Positions 31,520 to 41,458 of a stretch of 64,000 nt of DNA are shown here, one piece after another (positions within the stretch are counted from its first letter, which is position 1; every line of letters begins with the position of its first letter). The stretch is from the NCBI GenBank assembly GCA_965116925.1, contig OZ220744.1, positions 704,001 through 768,000 of the forward strand, in the 5' to 3' direction. The translations under genes were made by a program, and so were the position numbers. The notes under the pieces were generated by a model that did no database searches, had not been told where the DNA came from, and saw nothing but the letters and a program-made list of their open reading frames with translations. This DNA is from Candidatus Poribacteria bacterium (GTDB lineage: Bacteria > Poribacteria > WGA-4E > PCPOR2b).

Positions 31520-32578
31520 ATGGACAATCAATCGAACAACAAAATCAGAATTTCGCCTGAACCCTTTCGCCAGTTTACAAGTGCTCTTTATCAAAGTGCA
31601 GGCGTTCCTAAGGTGGATGCCGATGCCGTCGCCCGGATGCAGGTTGAAACAGATGAGCGGGGTGTGTTTTCGCATGGAACTCGTGCGCTCCCCGGCTATG
31701 TGCGCGGCATCCTCAACGGTGAGATCAATCCGAAGCCGACACCGCAGGTTCTGACGGATGCGCCGAGCACCGCGCTCGTTGATGCGGATAATAGCCTTGG
31801 GCATGTCGCTGGGATATACGCAATGAATATGGCGATTGAAAAGGCTGAGACCACAGGTTTCGCATCGGTTGCGGTTCGCAATAGCAACCATTACGGCGCA
31901 GCGGCGTGTTTCGCGATGATGGCGTTATCAAAGGGAATGATCGGCTTCAGCACTACCAAAACGGGTGGGGCAAGCGTCGTACCGCATGGCGGGATGTCGG
32001 GGCTGCTCGGTAACCATCCTGTTGGTTACGCGATACCGACTAAAACGGAGCTGCCGATTGTGTTGGATATGGCGGTTGGGCAGATTGCGTGGGGACATGT
32101 TGGGACGTATGCGATGGAGGGGAAACAGCTGCCGCCCGGATATGTGTTGGACGCGGACGGCAAGCCGACACAAGATCCGCGTCAAGCGAGCGGGATGCTG
32201 CCCTTTGGGGGGTATAAGGGGCACGGTTTGGCAATTGTGATGAGCATCCTCAGCGGTGTGATGACCGGGGGACCGGCAGCCTGCAATCGGATGCCGGAGA
32301 CACCGCCTGACTTAGCAAGACGGGGGCATTTCTTCTTCGCGCTTAAGGTCAGTAACTTCTGTCCGTTGGACGAATTTACGGAAGCGGTGGATGCAGAGAT
32401 TCGTACTGTCCGCGACGCGCCACGCGCCGAAGGCGTTGAACGGATCTATCTTCCCGGCGAGCTTGAGTGGTTGCATCAGCAGGATGCGTTGCGTAATGGC
32501 ATCCCGCTGCATCCGACGCATCTGAAATCGTTGGCAGCACTCGCGGATGAATTGGATGTCGAGGTTTTCTGGCGATGA
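31520..32578 (+). CDS. Ldh_2-family (malate/L-lactate/ureidoglycolate) dehydrogenase
   Basis: GVFSHG, NSNHYG, LDMA, GGYKGHGL, YLPGE. Confidence 0.92.
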   Translation: MDNQSNNKIRISPEPFRQFTSALYQSAGVPKVDADAVARMQVETDERGVFSHGTRALPGYVRGILNGEINPKPTPQVLTDAPSTALVDADNSLGHVAGIYAMNMAIEKAETTGFASVAVRNSNHYGAAACFAMMALSKGMIGFSTTKTGGASVVPHGGMSGLLGNHPVGYAIPTKTELPIVLDMAVGQIAWGHVGTYAMEGKQLPPGYVLDADGKPTQDPRQASGMLPFGGYKGHGLAIVMSILSGVMTGGPAACNRMPETPPDLARRGHFFFALKVSNFCPLDEFTEAVDAEIRTVRDAPRAEGVERIYLPGELEWLHQQDALRNGIPLHPTHLKSLAALADELDVEVFWR

Positions 32579-32581
32579 TAG

Positions 32582-34051
32582 CTACGGTTTATACCCTGAA
32601 CGGTCCGTATTTCCGCCGTATTTCATCGTATAAATGAGCAGATTCGTCATGAAGCGATGGACATCTTTCGAGCGACGCATCCGCAACATGGTTCGGCTAC
32701 TGATCTCCACCGTCTCCATCGCGCACAGATAGTCTTTGCGGTTATAGACGACGCCGAGCCGATTGTTGACAGTAACACCTTTTTGGTATTTGAATTTCGA
32801 CGGTTTCGGATGGTTTTCAGACTTCCAGAAAACATCACCACCTGTTGGAGGCAGGGGGAGATCGTAGTAGATGGTATAGATTTGATGGGTGTGCATCAGG
32901 TTCTGGAGGGGGTATTCGGGAAAGATTCTATACAACTCATTAGCAACGGTTGCGGCAAGTAATCCGTTCATACCACAGTCATCGTAAAATAGCATTCCGC
33001 CTCGCTCAACGACATATTTTCGCAGTGCTGCCCGTTCTTCCGAGGTAAAGTGCGGTGCTAGCGGTGCCTCTTTACGATCCGGCGTGGCGAGATTACGTCC
33101 AACAGTTATGTCCTTGTCGTGCCCCGTCATGATGACCATCGGCGCATTAAGGATGCGCGAATCTGTTAGATGCAGTGCTCCGCCTGCATATTTCATGTCG
33201 GCGCGGAGATTGGTATTCTCTTCAAGCCACTGTGCAAAACTGGGTATCGCGCTTGGGTCTTGCCACCAGTCAGAAAGGGAATGTTTAAGTCGGACTAGGC
33301 GAATATGGCCACGAATGTCCATACCTTCTCCCTCCAGAATTGCTCCCAAGCGATCTTCAGGGACTAGCTTTTCATCCGACAACCCGAGTGCTTCATCCGG
33401 AGCGAGTGCCAAATCTGAGCCTGCGGCTGTGCCTCCTTTCCCTTCTCCATACGTGCCGCCAATAATTGGGCCACTCGCACCTCCGCTAGGAGCAGAACGG
33501 GTATAACTCCCCCGGTCAAGTCTACGTTCTGTCGAGGAGTCAGGGAGAAGCGTTTCTGTATCCCCGCGTTGCTGTGTTTCCACTTCGCTAACTCCCAAAT
33601 CTTGGAGAACCTCCGCTTCTAACAGAGGAGGTTCTTGGGTATTGGGTGCTGAAATTATCGGCACTATCACCTTTGCCTGTGTGGGCACTGTCCTTGTATC
33701 ATCGTTTTGGGCTTTCGCTGCTTCTTCGATTGGGCGGGGCTTGACCAATGTACGAGCTGGTGGTGGCAATTCAACCCATTCAACGTGGATGACATCGTCT
33801 TCTACAATATACTCTCGGATCGATTGTATCACAAAAAACGCAGCGATAAGATGCAATATGAGGGCGGTAGCCAATGCGAACCGGTTTCGCCGTCGATGCT
33901 CGGTACGACGAACACTGTGCCGTGTATTAAAATCTGGTAAGTGCCTGATTGGTTGCTGTCTGGTTTCTTGCCTTTGTATCCACGTTTTTGAGAGACGGGA
34001 ACTGACGCGAACCCGTGGTAAGTCTTTGGTTACTTGTTTTTGGCCTTGCAC
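32582..34051 (-). CDS. Membrane-anchored DUF4159-domain protein
   Basis: Single TM (LILHLIAAFF), Pro/Gly linker, then WWQDP, MTGH, GGMLFYDDCG. Confidence 0.7.
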   Translation of the reverse strand: MQGQKQVTKDLPRVRVSSRLSKTWIQRQETRQQPIRHLPDFNTRHSVRRTEHRRRNRFALATALILHLIAAFFVIQSIREYIVEDDVIHVEWVELPPPARTLVKPRPIEEAAKAQNDDTRTVPTQAKVIVPIISAPNTQEPPLLEAEVLQDLGVSEVETQQRGDTETLLPDSSTERRLDRGSYTRSAPSGGASGPIIGGTYGEGKGGTAAGSDLALAPDEALGLSDEKLVPEDRLGAILEGEGMDIRGHIRLVRLKHSLSDWWQDPSAIPSFAQWLEENTNLRADMKYAGGALHLTDSRILNAPMVIMTGHDKDITVGRNLATPDRKEAPLAPHFTSEERAALRKYVVERGGMLFYDDCGMNGLLAATVANELYRIFPEYPLQNLMHTHQIYTIYYDLPLPPTGGDVFWKSENHPKPSKFKYQKGVTVNNRLGVVYNRKDYLCAMETVEISSRTMLRMRRSKDVHRFMTNLLIYTMKYGGNTDRSGYKP

Positions 34052-34611
34052 TGTACGTCCTTTCCAAACAGGATTGGTTCATGCACTAATGGCGCGAAGC
34101 GCAATTCGATTTGTAGGTCGGTAATTTATCGTCTGGCTCATGAATTCATTGCTCACCTTTTTGCTTTTAACATTTTTCCTCTCTGAATCGGATATGACAG
34201 GAAAATGTCGCGGGACAATTATGAGGATCTTACTATAACACAAGCTGCTAGATAACCTGTAAGTCGAGTTTTCATGCCCGATACCTATCAGAAGCGACCG
34301 AATTGACGACACACATGTCACCCCTCAGGGGCTTGGGGGAATTGGTTTACAGATGTGCTATACACATATCGCCCCGCTGGGGCTTTGTAGATCGGGCAAG
34401 ATGCCCGACCTACGGGTATAAGGGTTAATTTTATCGATCCACACATCTCTAGCAACTTAGGTTATTTTATTTCACCAACAACGTAGGTTATTGTTCCGGA
34501 AAAATATCACTTACAAATTGTTATAATTCTAACGGTTGCCTACAATGATACCAACGCCTACTAGTTCTTGGCAAATTAAATTTGTAGCTAATCGTCCAAT
34601 ATTGAGATATT

Positions 34612-34702
34612 GGCTCATATAAAAAGAAAGTGCAAAATGCGAAGCGCGGGCGGGGAGACCCCGCCCCTACGGTTTCTGTTGCACCCTTTCTTAACATGAG
34701 CC
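34612..34702. mobile_element. MITE family D (IS1595-like ends) copy 1
   Basis: GGCTCAT...ATGAGCC TIR; exact 8-bp TSD GAGATATT. Confidence 0.85.
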
Positions 34703-34717
34703 GAGATATTAAGTAAA

Positions 34718-36091
34718 ATGCAATCTATTCCAAGCATACCCTTACGTCAAAATCTACCGCAGCCGCAGCTAATCCGTCAACTCCATGCGTTCGCGGCAGA
34801 GCGAGGGGTTCAACTCTACCTTGTCGGCGGTTCCGTCCGAGCCTTGCTACTTAACCGGTCCCTCACGGATCTTGATTTCGCGCTTGCTGATGATGCGATT
34901 GTTTTTGCCCAAGCCTTCGCGGATAAAATTGGTGAGGCGTTTGTCAAATTGGAAGAACAACCACCAATCGCACGGATTGTCATCAGAGAAACGCGGCTCA
35001 CCTTAGACTTCGCCGGATTTCGTGCCGAGACTTTGGAGGCAGATTTGCGGCTGCGCGATTTGACAATCAACGCAATGGCACTGGATCTTTCATTACTCTT
35101 GACAAAGCCGGCGGTGAATTTGATTGATCCGTGCGGCGGTTTCTCCGACCTCAAAGCGCAAACGCTGCGCTTCCCAAGCGAAAGGGTAGTAATAGATGAT
35201 CCGTTACGGCTGCTGAGGGTATACCGTTTTGCGGCGCAGTTGGGGTTTGAAATCCCTGAAGTGACAATCGCTTTCGTTCGCCGACATAGGGATCGGTTGC
35301 CACAGGTTTCATCTGAACGCATTTGCGATGAATTGATTAAAATATTAAACGTTAAAAATGCGACTGCTTATCTGCGCCGAATGGACAAAACGCGCCTCCT
35401 TTCGCAAGTTATCCCAGAAATTGAGAAGATACGCGGGTTAGGGCAGGACACTCTTGATCATTCGCTGCTCGGTCTCGAAATGTTTGAGACAGAACCAACA
35501 CCGGATGTACTACAACCATATCAATCGCAAATTCAAGCATACCTGCGCGAAGAACTAGTTTACGATCTAGACCGGGGACAGATTCTCAAGCTAGCTCTGT
35601 TACTGTACAAAGGCGGAACAAAAATGGCTGTCCGAATAACGAATCGTTTGCGGCTCGGCAGGAGAGCCGCACAGTTGATGCGCTGCCTTGTACAGAATCA
35701 CCTGTCCTTGATGGATTTGATCAGTACTGATGGTCAAACAGAGCGTCGGACGACGATTCGTTTCTTAAGGGACACCGGAGACGACTGGTTAGGTGTCCTT
35801 TTGCTATTTTATGCAAATCTCCGAGCGTCGCATGGGGATATGCCTCAAGTCAATGAACTGATGAAACAGATTGCCGACCTGTATTATGGCGAAATCTGTC
35901 CGATAATAGAGCAAGGTAGATTAATCACTGGCGACGATATTTTACAAGCATTTGGGGTGGTGCCCGGTGTCAAAATTGGACGTATTCTACGGCACATTGA
36001 GGATCTTCAGTTTGAAGGAGAGATCCAAACACCAGAGGAGGCATTGGAGGCTGCACGCGCCTTTTTGCAAAACAATGGAACGGAGACTTAG
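34718..36091 (+). CDS. Class II tRNA nucleotidyltransferase, probably CC-adding
   Basis: LVGGSVR, DLDF, RDLTINAMA, DDPLRLLR, SERI; flexible loop absent. Confidence 0.85.
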   Translation: MQSIPSIPLRQNLPQPQLIRQLHAFAAERGVQLYLVGGSVRALLLNRSLTDLDFALADDAIVFAQAFADKIGEAFVKLEEQPPIARIVIRETRLTLDFAGFRAETLEADLRLRDLTINAMALDLSLLLTKPAVNLIDPCGGFSDLKAQTLRFPSERVVIDDPLRLLRVYRFAAQLGFEIPEVTIAFVRRHRDRLPQVSSERICDELIKILNVKNATAYLRRMDKTRLLSQVIPEIEKIRGLGQDTLDHSLLGLEMFETEPTPDVLQPYQSQIQAYLREELVYDLDRGQILKLALLLYKGGTKMAVRITNRLRLGRRAAQLMRCLVQNHLSLMDLISTDGQTERRTTIRFLRDTGDDWLGVLLLFYANLRASHGDMPQVNELMKQIADLYYGEICPIIEQGRLITGDDILQAFGVVPGVKIGRILRHIEDLQFEGEIQTPEEALEAARAFLQNNGTET

Positions 36092-36093
36092 TT

Positions 36094-37179
36094 ATGAAAC
36101 AGATTGAACTACACCCAGAGGATTACCTTCCGGCGGCCCCACCACAGGAGATTGTGCAACGCTATGGTATCGGCATCGTTGGATGTGGGAACATCGCCCG
36201 GAACACACATCTGCCCGCCTATCATAAGTTCGGATATCGCGTCGTTGCGGCTTGCGATGTTATTGAGGAGAAAGCGCGAGCGGTTGCCGAAGAATACGGT
36301 ATCCCCTTCTGGACTGCCAATATTGAAGCGATAATTGATCGGCGTGATGTCGATATTGTTGATCTCGCAGTGCGCCCGGAAGATCGCTTGGCAGCGGTTG
36401 AACGGTTGGCACGTGCTGGTAAGCACATTCTTTCTCAAAAGCCACTGGCACCGACATTAGCGGAAGCGGAACGCATTGTGGAGGTATGTGAAGAAGCCGG
36501 TATCACGCTGATGATCAACCAGCAAGCACGTTGGGCACCGTATCACACCGCGATGAAGGTACTGATTGACCGCGGCTGTTTCGGTCACCTATACAGCGTC
36601 TTACATGTCCATCGCCAGTTTCAAGATAGCAGTGATTCCACGTGGTTGACAACGCCTGACTTCACCATCATAGATAACGGGATTCATTATGTCGATCTCT
36701 CCCGCTACTTTACTGGTCGGACGCCGCGATGGGTGAAAACGACAACCACCCGTGTTCCGGGTCAGTATGCGATGGATCCGATGATCTACTCAATCCTTTG
36801 CGAATATGAACCGGCTGACTTGATGTCTACACTGCATTTCAACAACATCGCGCCGGCACTTCACCATAGCCCGTATCTGTGGCACATTGATGGCACAGAA
36901 GCCTCCGCTTCGATCGCGCGATATGGACCTCTCCGTGATGGACGGACGGAGCTCACCATTTCGTTCAAAGCGGATCCTGACCGGCGGCAGGTATTTCATA
37001 TCCACGGCAGCTGGTTTCCCGATGCGTGGGGCGGGACGATGGGAGAGATGCAGCGTGCGCTCGCAGCGGGTGTCGAACCGCAAGTCTCAGGACGGGACAA
37101 CTTGAATTCCATCCGTATCACCAATGCTGCGGTTGAATCGTCCAAGAGCGGTCAGACGGTAGAAATTCCGCCTGAGTAG
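36094..37179 (+). CDS. Gfo/Idh/MocA oxidoreductase
   Basis: GIVGCGNIA, GKHILSQKP, DNGIHYVD. Confidence 0.9.
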   Translation: MKQIELHPEDYLPAAPPQEIVQRYGIGIVGCGNIARNTHLPAYHKFGYRVVAACDVIEEKARAVAEEYGIPFWTANIEAIIDRRDVDIVDLAVRPEDRLAAVERLARAGKHILSQKPLAPTLAEAERIVEVCEEAGITLMINQQARWAPYHTAMKVLIDRGCFGHLYSVLHVHRQFQDSSDSTWLTTPDFTIIDNGIHYVDLSRYFTGRTPRWVKTTTTRVPGQYAMDPMIYSILCEYEPADLMSTLHFNNIAPALHHSPYLWHIDGTEASASIARYGPLRDGRTELTISFKADPDRRQVFHIHGSWFPDAWGGTMGEMQRALAAGVEPQVSGRDNLNSIRITNAAVESSKSGQTVEIPPE

Positions 37180-37322
37180 GACTTACGCAAATTTAGCACA
37201 CGAGGGGTAGATTTTTGATTTTTAACCCCCTAAATCACCTAACCCCTAACCCCCTAGCCCCCCTTATCAGGGGGGAATTGTTGGTCTGGCTTATCAGGAG
37301 AAAACCTTTGTCAGGGGACTTC
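37177..37322. repeat. Family C left end plus CCCCCTTATCAGGGGG hairpin repeat
   Basis: TAGGACTTACGCA start; similar to 58409-58511 and 40333-40472. Confidence 0.65.
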
Positions 37323-37391
37323 TAGTGAGTAGATAATGAGCAGTTGAACGAGAACACCCAATCGAAAACAGAAAAACAGAGAGGATAAAAA

Positions 37392-38333
37392 ATGGAGTAT
37401 TTCCACGTCGATATACATCAACGCCCTGAACCGAAGTCAATTGCACCCCGGTTTACCAGCGTCAAGATACGGTGGAAGGGACGAGCGATAACCGATTTGA
37501 CTCAGGGCATTCACCGGTGTTATCTGTTCCCGGTATACTCCCCTGCGGGTGTATCGCTGACCTCTGAAAGCCCGGTAGATCACCCGCATCACAATTCAAT
37601 CACCGTCAGTGCTGATGTCTTTTTTGTCCAGTTGCCGCCACTCTCTCCAGCGATTTCCACATTAGTAGAGGAGGCGACATATAATTTCTACGTCAACAAT
37701 ATTTTCCAAGGGCGTGCCCCGGGCAGGATTTGGGTGGTTGGAGTTGACAGCGAGGAGATTTCCGAGAATCATCTTAGGGTTGTGCAGAGTATTCAGTGGC
37801 AGGGTCCTGAAGAGTGGGGTGCACCGGCGGACATTGGTCGTCGGGTATTGGCTGAGGAGACGCGGACCATCGACATCTATCCGGGCGAAGTTGCTAACGT
37901 CATAGACATCCGATCTCAGCTGAGGCCAACTGATTGGGATGTCACCATCGGTACGACGCGCCACGCTTATTTTACGATTCGGATGGCGGATGAGCTGCGT
38001 CCTGCCAACGGCGGAAAACTAATTGATTCGGAAGGCAGAGTCGGTCAGGAGGAGGTGTGTAATCAGCTTGCGGATTGGGTTGATATATCGGGTCCCGCGG
38101 TGGGCGGTCAAAAAGCAGGGATAACTGTGATTCCACACGCTTCCGCCACTGGCATCGAATGGTTCTGTTTTGACTACGGGACGATGTTAGTCAACCCATT
38201 TATGAGAGAGAAGGGGATACTGAATCGGGGTGATGAATTAGATCTCGGCATACGCATCTTGGCTCACGATGGGGATGCGACAGAGGCGGGTGTGGTGGAT
38301 CTGTATGCAGCGTTCAAACGGGAAGGGAAATAG
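37392..38333 (+). CDS. PmoA-family (DUF6807-like) protein of unknown function
   Basis: YLFPVYSPAG, DHPHHNS, IRMA, WVDISG pattern. Confidence 0.65.
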   Translation: MEYFHVDIHQRPEPKSIAPRFTSVKIRWKGRAITDLTQGIHRCYLFPVYSPAGVSLTSESPVDHPHHNSITVSADVFFVQLPPLSPAISTLVEEATYNFYVNNIFQGRAPGRIWVVGVDSEEISENHLRVVQSIQWQGPEEWGAPADIGRRVLAEETRTIDIYPGEVANVIDIRSQLRPTDWDVTIGTTRHAYFTIRMADELRPANGGKLIDSEGRVGQEEVCNQLADWVDISGPAVGGQKAGITVIPHASATGIEWFCFDYGTMLVNPFMREKGILNRGDELDLGIRILAHDGDATEAGVVDLYAAFKREGK

Positions 38334-38454
38334 TCTGTACTCCCCTCTATCCCCTCGCAAGCAGGAGGAAGGAAGAACGCGCAATGAATTGCGCTACTAC
38401 AAACTGAAGTGCGTAACTCCTAAATCTGTTCCGCTTTCCACTCTCCAGTGTTTG

Positions 38455-40218
38455 CTATCCTGGGGCGATCACGGTCATGTCCCAATCACCGAGGGCGAGC
38501 AGCGGTTTTGTCCAATCGCCAAGCGGGGGTTCTCCCGTCTGCACCCACTCCGCAATTTCTTCACGATGCCCAAGACGCCGGAGTGCGTTCCACATCGGCT
38601 GGTAGTTCGCTCGACCGCCCGGACCGGCGCAATCCCAGAAGAAGAGGCGATCTGCGCCTGCGCCGTAGAGCATGTGAGCGTTGCGCCGAAAATCTTCGGG
38701 ACTCTGATGGCGGGGCATGACATTCGGTGCAAGTACGCATGAAGTTCCCTGAGTCGCACGGACAAAAGGCTGAAGCTGTGATGGATTTGACCAGATGTCC
38801 TCTTCGGTTGGCATTGCGAGTGGTGCTGGACTGTACGGAATCAGGACATCGATTAATCCTTCTTTCGCCCAAGCAGCGACATCAAGACCGAAGTAGCGAT
38901 TCTCCTCCTCTAAACCCAACACGCACGCGGATACCTCAATCCTCCGCCCCCGTCCTTGTTCGCGTGTAATTGCATCCATTTCTTCGCGCACACGGCGCAT
39001 AAAGTCTGTCATGATTCCTCCGCAAAACTCAAGCCACGTTGGATCAGTATCCGCAAGTTCTCGCGGGTCGCTGCCGTGGGCGGCTGCAAACGCCTCAAGC
39101 AGCGGTGTTTCGTATGCGATGTAGGGCGGGCGTCGGTTGAAGAGCAGACAGACTCCATCGATCGGGTATTCAGCCATTTCGCGTAGCAGTGCCAGACAGT
39201 AGTCCTGTATCTCACGAAAGGCGTAGGAGAGCCGCGGCAAGCGTTTTCCGTCTCGGTCAACACAGTGTAGCTCTGGATGGTTCTGGTAGTACCCTCCTCG
39301 GAAATTATGGTCGAGCGGGGGTGGATAGGTCCACCCCGCCAGTCGATAGGCTGCGTGGAATTCAAGACCGATAGCGTGTGTGTGTTCGAGTGCTATTGCA
39401 AACGGGTCAAGTCCTGCCTTGAGGTAGCTGCGCCAGCTTTCTGCTACCAGTCGGTCACCGACCCGCGCAAACTCTATGATATTAGGAATATCGGGCGTGC
39501 GTCCAATTTTGGTGGGGTAATGCAGGACATCGCCGCTCCCGCTCTCCCAATACATGCGTGAAAAGTCGGTGTCTCGATACGGCTCAACCTCGCGGCGCAA
39601 TTCTTCAGCGGAGGTAGGACGATAGAGGAAGTGCGGTCCGTGTGAGTCGTTATGCGCGAAGAGACCATGGTGTGCACCACCTCCTTGTTCGGCGTGTAGT
39701 GCATCAACTTCGGTCGGAGTGAGTGGCACGAGTTTGATGTAGGCGATGCGTACACCGCCGCATTGCACTGAACCGAAGCCGTCCCCTGGATCAATGCGGC
39801 GCGCCAATTGGCAGAAGTCAACTGCCTGTCCGTTTAGATCCGCGACCTTCCAGAAAATCTCTTGGAGCTGCTTGCGCCGTAGGTGGTGTCCTCCGGTGTC
39901 CCATGTAAGTACGGAGTAAGTGTTATCGCCGCTTAACTTGACGAGTGCTTGAGGTAATCCCTCCTCGCTGGTTGGGTGTATACCGATGGAGATTGCATGC
40001 CAGCCGTTTATGCTTAGCGGGTAACGGATTTCTGGGGCACGGGTTTCTGGACCTGCCTTTAGCATGACACCGGAAAAGCCTTCAGCTTCATAGGGGATGG
40101 TGTGCCAGCGGTGGGCCCCGCCGTCGGGAGAGAGTCTGTCTGCGGGTTGGCAGCGTTCTAGGTCGGTCACATAGATTGGTGAGGCACTGAAACTGCGATC
40201 GGCAATGAAGTCAGCCAT
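38455..40218 (-). CDS. Glycoside hydrolase-like TIM-barrel protein (GHL10-like)
   Basis: HTHAIGLEFHA, LSYAFREIQDY, YPIDGVCLLFNR, GADRLFFWD; ATG 40218 behind GGAGG. Confidence 0.5.
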   Translation of the reverse strand: MADFIADRSFSASPIYVTDLERCQPADRLSPDGGAHRWHTIPYEAEGFSGVMLKAGPETRAPEIRYPLSINGWHAISIGIHPTSEEGLPQALVKLSGDNTYSVLTWDTGGHHLRRKQLQEIFWKVADLNGQAVDFCQLARRIDPGDGFGSVQCGGVRIAYIKLVPLTPTEVDALHAEQGGGAHHGLFAHNDSHGPHFLYRPTSAEELRREVEPYRDTDFSRMYWESGSGDVLHYPTKIGRTPDIPNIIEFARVGDRLVAESWRSYLKAGLDPFAIALEHTHAIGLEFHAAYRLAGWTYPPPLDHNFRGGYYQNHPELHCVDRDGKRLPRLSYAFREIQDYCLALLREMAEYPIDGVCLLFNRRPPYIAYETPLLEAFAAAHGSDPRELADTDPTWLEFCGGIMTDFMRRVREEMDAITREQGRGRRIEVSACVLGLEEENRYFGLDVAAWAKEGLIDVLIPYSPAPLAMPTEEDIWSNPSQLQPFVRATQGTSCVLAPNVMPRHQSPEDFRRNAHMLYGAGADRLFFWDCAGPGGRANYQPMWNALRRLGHREEIAEWVQTGEPPLGDWTKPLLALGDWDMTVIAPG

Positions 40219-40905
40219 GTGCGATCCTCCGAACGAAGGGAATAACGTGAAACGTGATGCCCCGATAAATCCCCGATACATCGGGACAGGCGGGACAGGC
40301 TGTGAAACGTGAAAACAATTTGTTCATTGGTTTCAGGATCTACGCAAATTTAGTACGCGGCGCGCGATTCTCTTGCTATTAACCCCCTAAACCCCTAACC
40401 CCCCTAGCCCCCCTTATCAGGGGGGAATTGTTCGTCTGGCTTATCGGGGGGAAACCTCTGTCAGGGGGACTTATGAGCTCGATCAGTTTCTGTTGCACGA
40501 TTGCTTAACATGAACCAAGCACACAAAACCGCAGCTCTCCTGTTCAATCTACTTCTAGTCCGAAGGTCTCAATGTGAAATTTATAGTAGATTTTAGAATT
40601 ATAGTGGACCTTAGAATAAATGAGACACTCTAAACCGGCGCAGTTGGAAACAGCGCCTACCAAACATGGGGGCGAAAGTGTCTATTTATTTTTAGAATTC
40701 ACTATCAATAAGACATTCCAAATCGGCGCAGTTGGAAACAGCGCCTACCAAACATGGGGGCGAAAGTGTCTATTTATTTTTAGAATTCACTATAATTCTC
40801 CCGTAGCTTCGATCTCCCGGTCAAGGCTACGGCGGGGAAACCCGATGCCCCGCCTACGGATTCGGGTCATTCCGATTTTGGTATTCAACAGACATAGCAC
40901 TCCTC

Positions 40906-41022
40906 ATGAAAATTAAAAAAATAATTCGGTAATTTGCTAGCGACGCCGGCGCGGTTTTCAACCGCGCCTACCGTATGTTTCGAGGAAAATAGGGATTACC
41001 GATTTAAATACTTAAACTTCAT
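40906..41022. mobile_element. Family B 117-bp element
   Basis: ATGAAAATTAA...AAACTTCAT inside the AGCACTCC-TCT-GGAGTGCT hairpin; other copies at 24809-24925, 46856-46972, 60933-61049. Confidence 0.85.
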
Positions 41023-41054
41023 CTGGAGTGCTGGTTTTGGGACATACCATCTTC

Positions 41055-41435
41055 TATAGACATATCGCTCCTTCGGAGCGAAAGCCGAATCTTATACCCA
41101 ACGGGCGAGGTGACCTCGCCCCTACGATTACAAATATGCCTCACATAACTGTCAACACGCCCTAGACGCTTATACCTTCAAATGCCCTTCATAGATATAT
41201 CGCTCCTCCAGAGCGAAAGCCGAATCCTATACCCAACGGGCGAGGTGACCTCGCCCCTACGATTACAGACATGCCTCACATAACTGTCAACACGCCCTAG
41301 ACGCTTATACCTTCAAATGCCCTTCATAGATATATCGCTCCTCCAGAGCGAAAGCCGAATCCTATACCCAACGGGCGAGGTGACCTCGCCCCTACGATTA
41401 CAAACATGCCTCATATAACTGTCAACAGAACCTAG
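41055..41435. repeat. Tandem repeat, 135-bp unit, about 2.8 copies
   Basis: CCTAG at 41161, 41296, 41431; each unit has two hairpins and a family E end. Confidence 0.9.
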
Positions 41436-41458
41436 GTGCATAGACTTTCAAGCGTCCT

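Noticed and set aside
37392..38333. Methane monooxygenase
   Set aside because: The family name is misleading; this is a soluble protein and there is no pmoB/pmoC.
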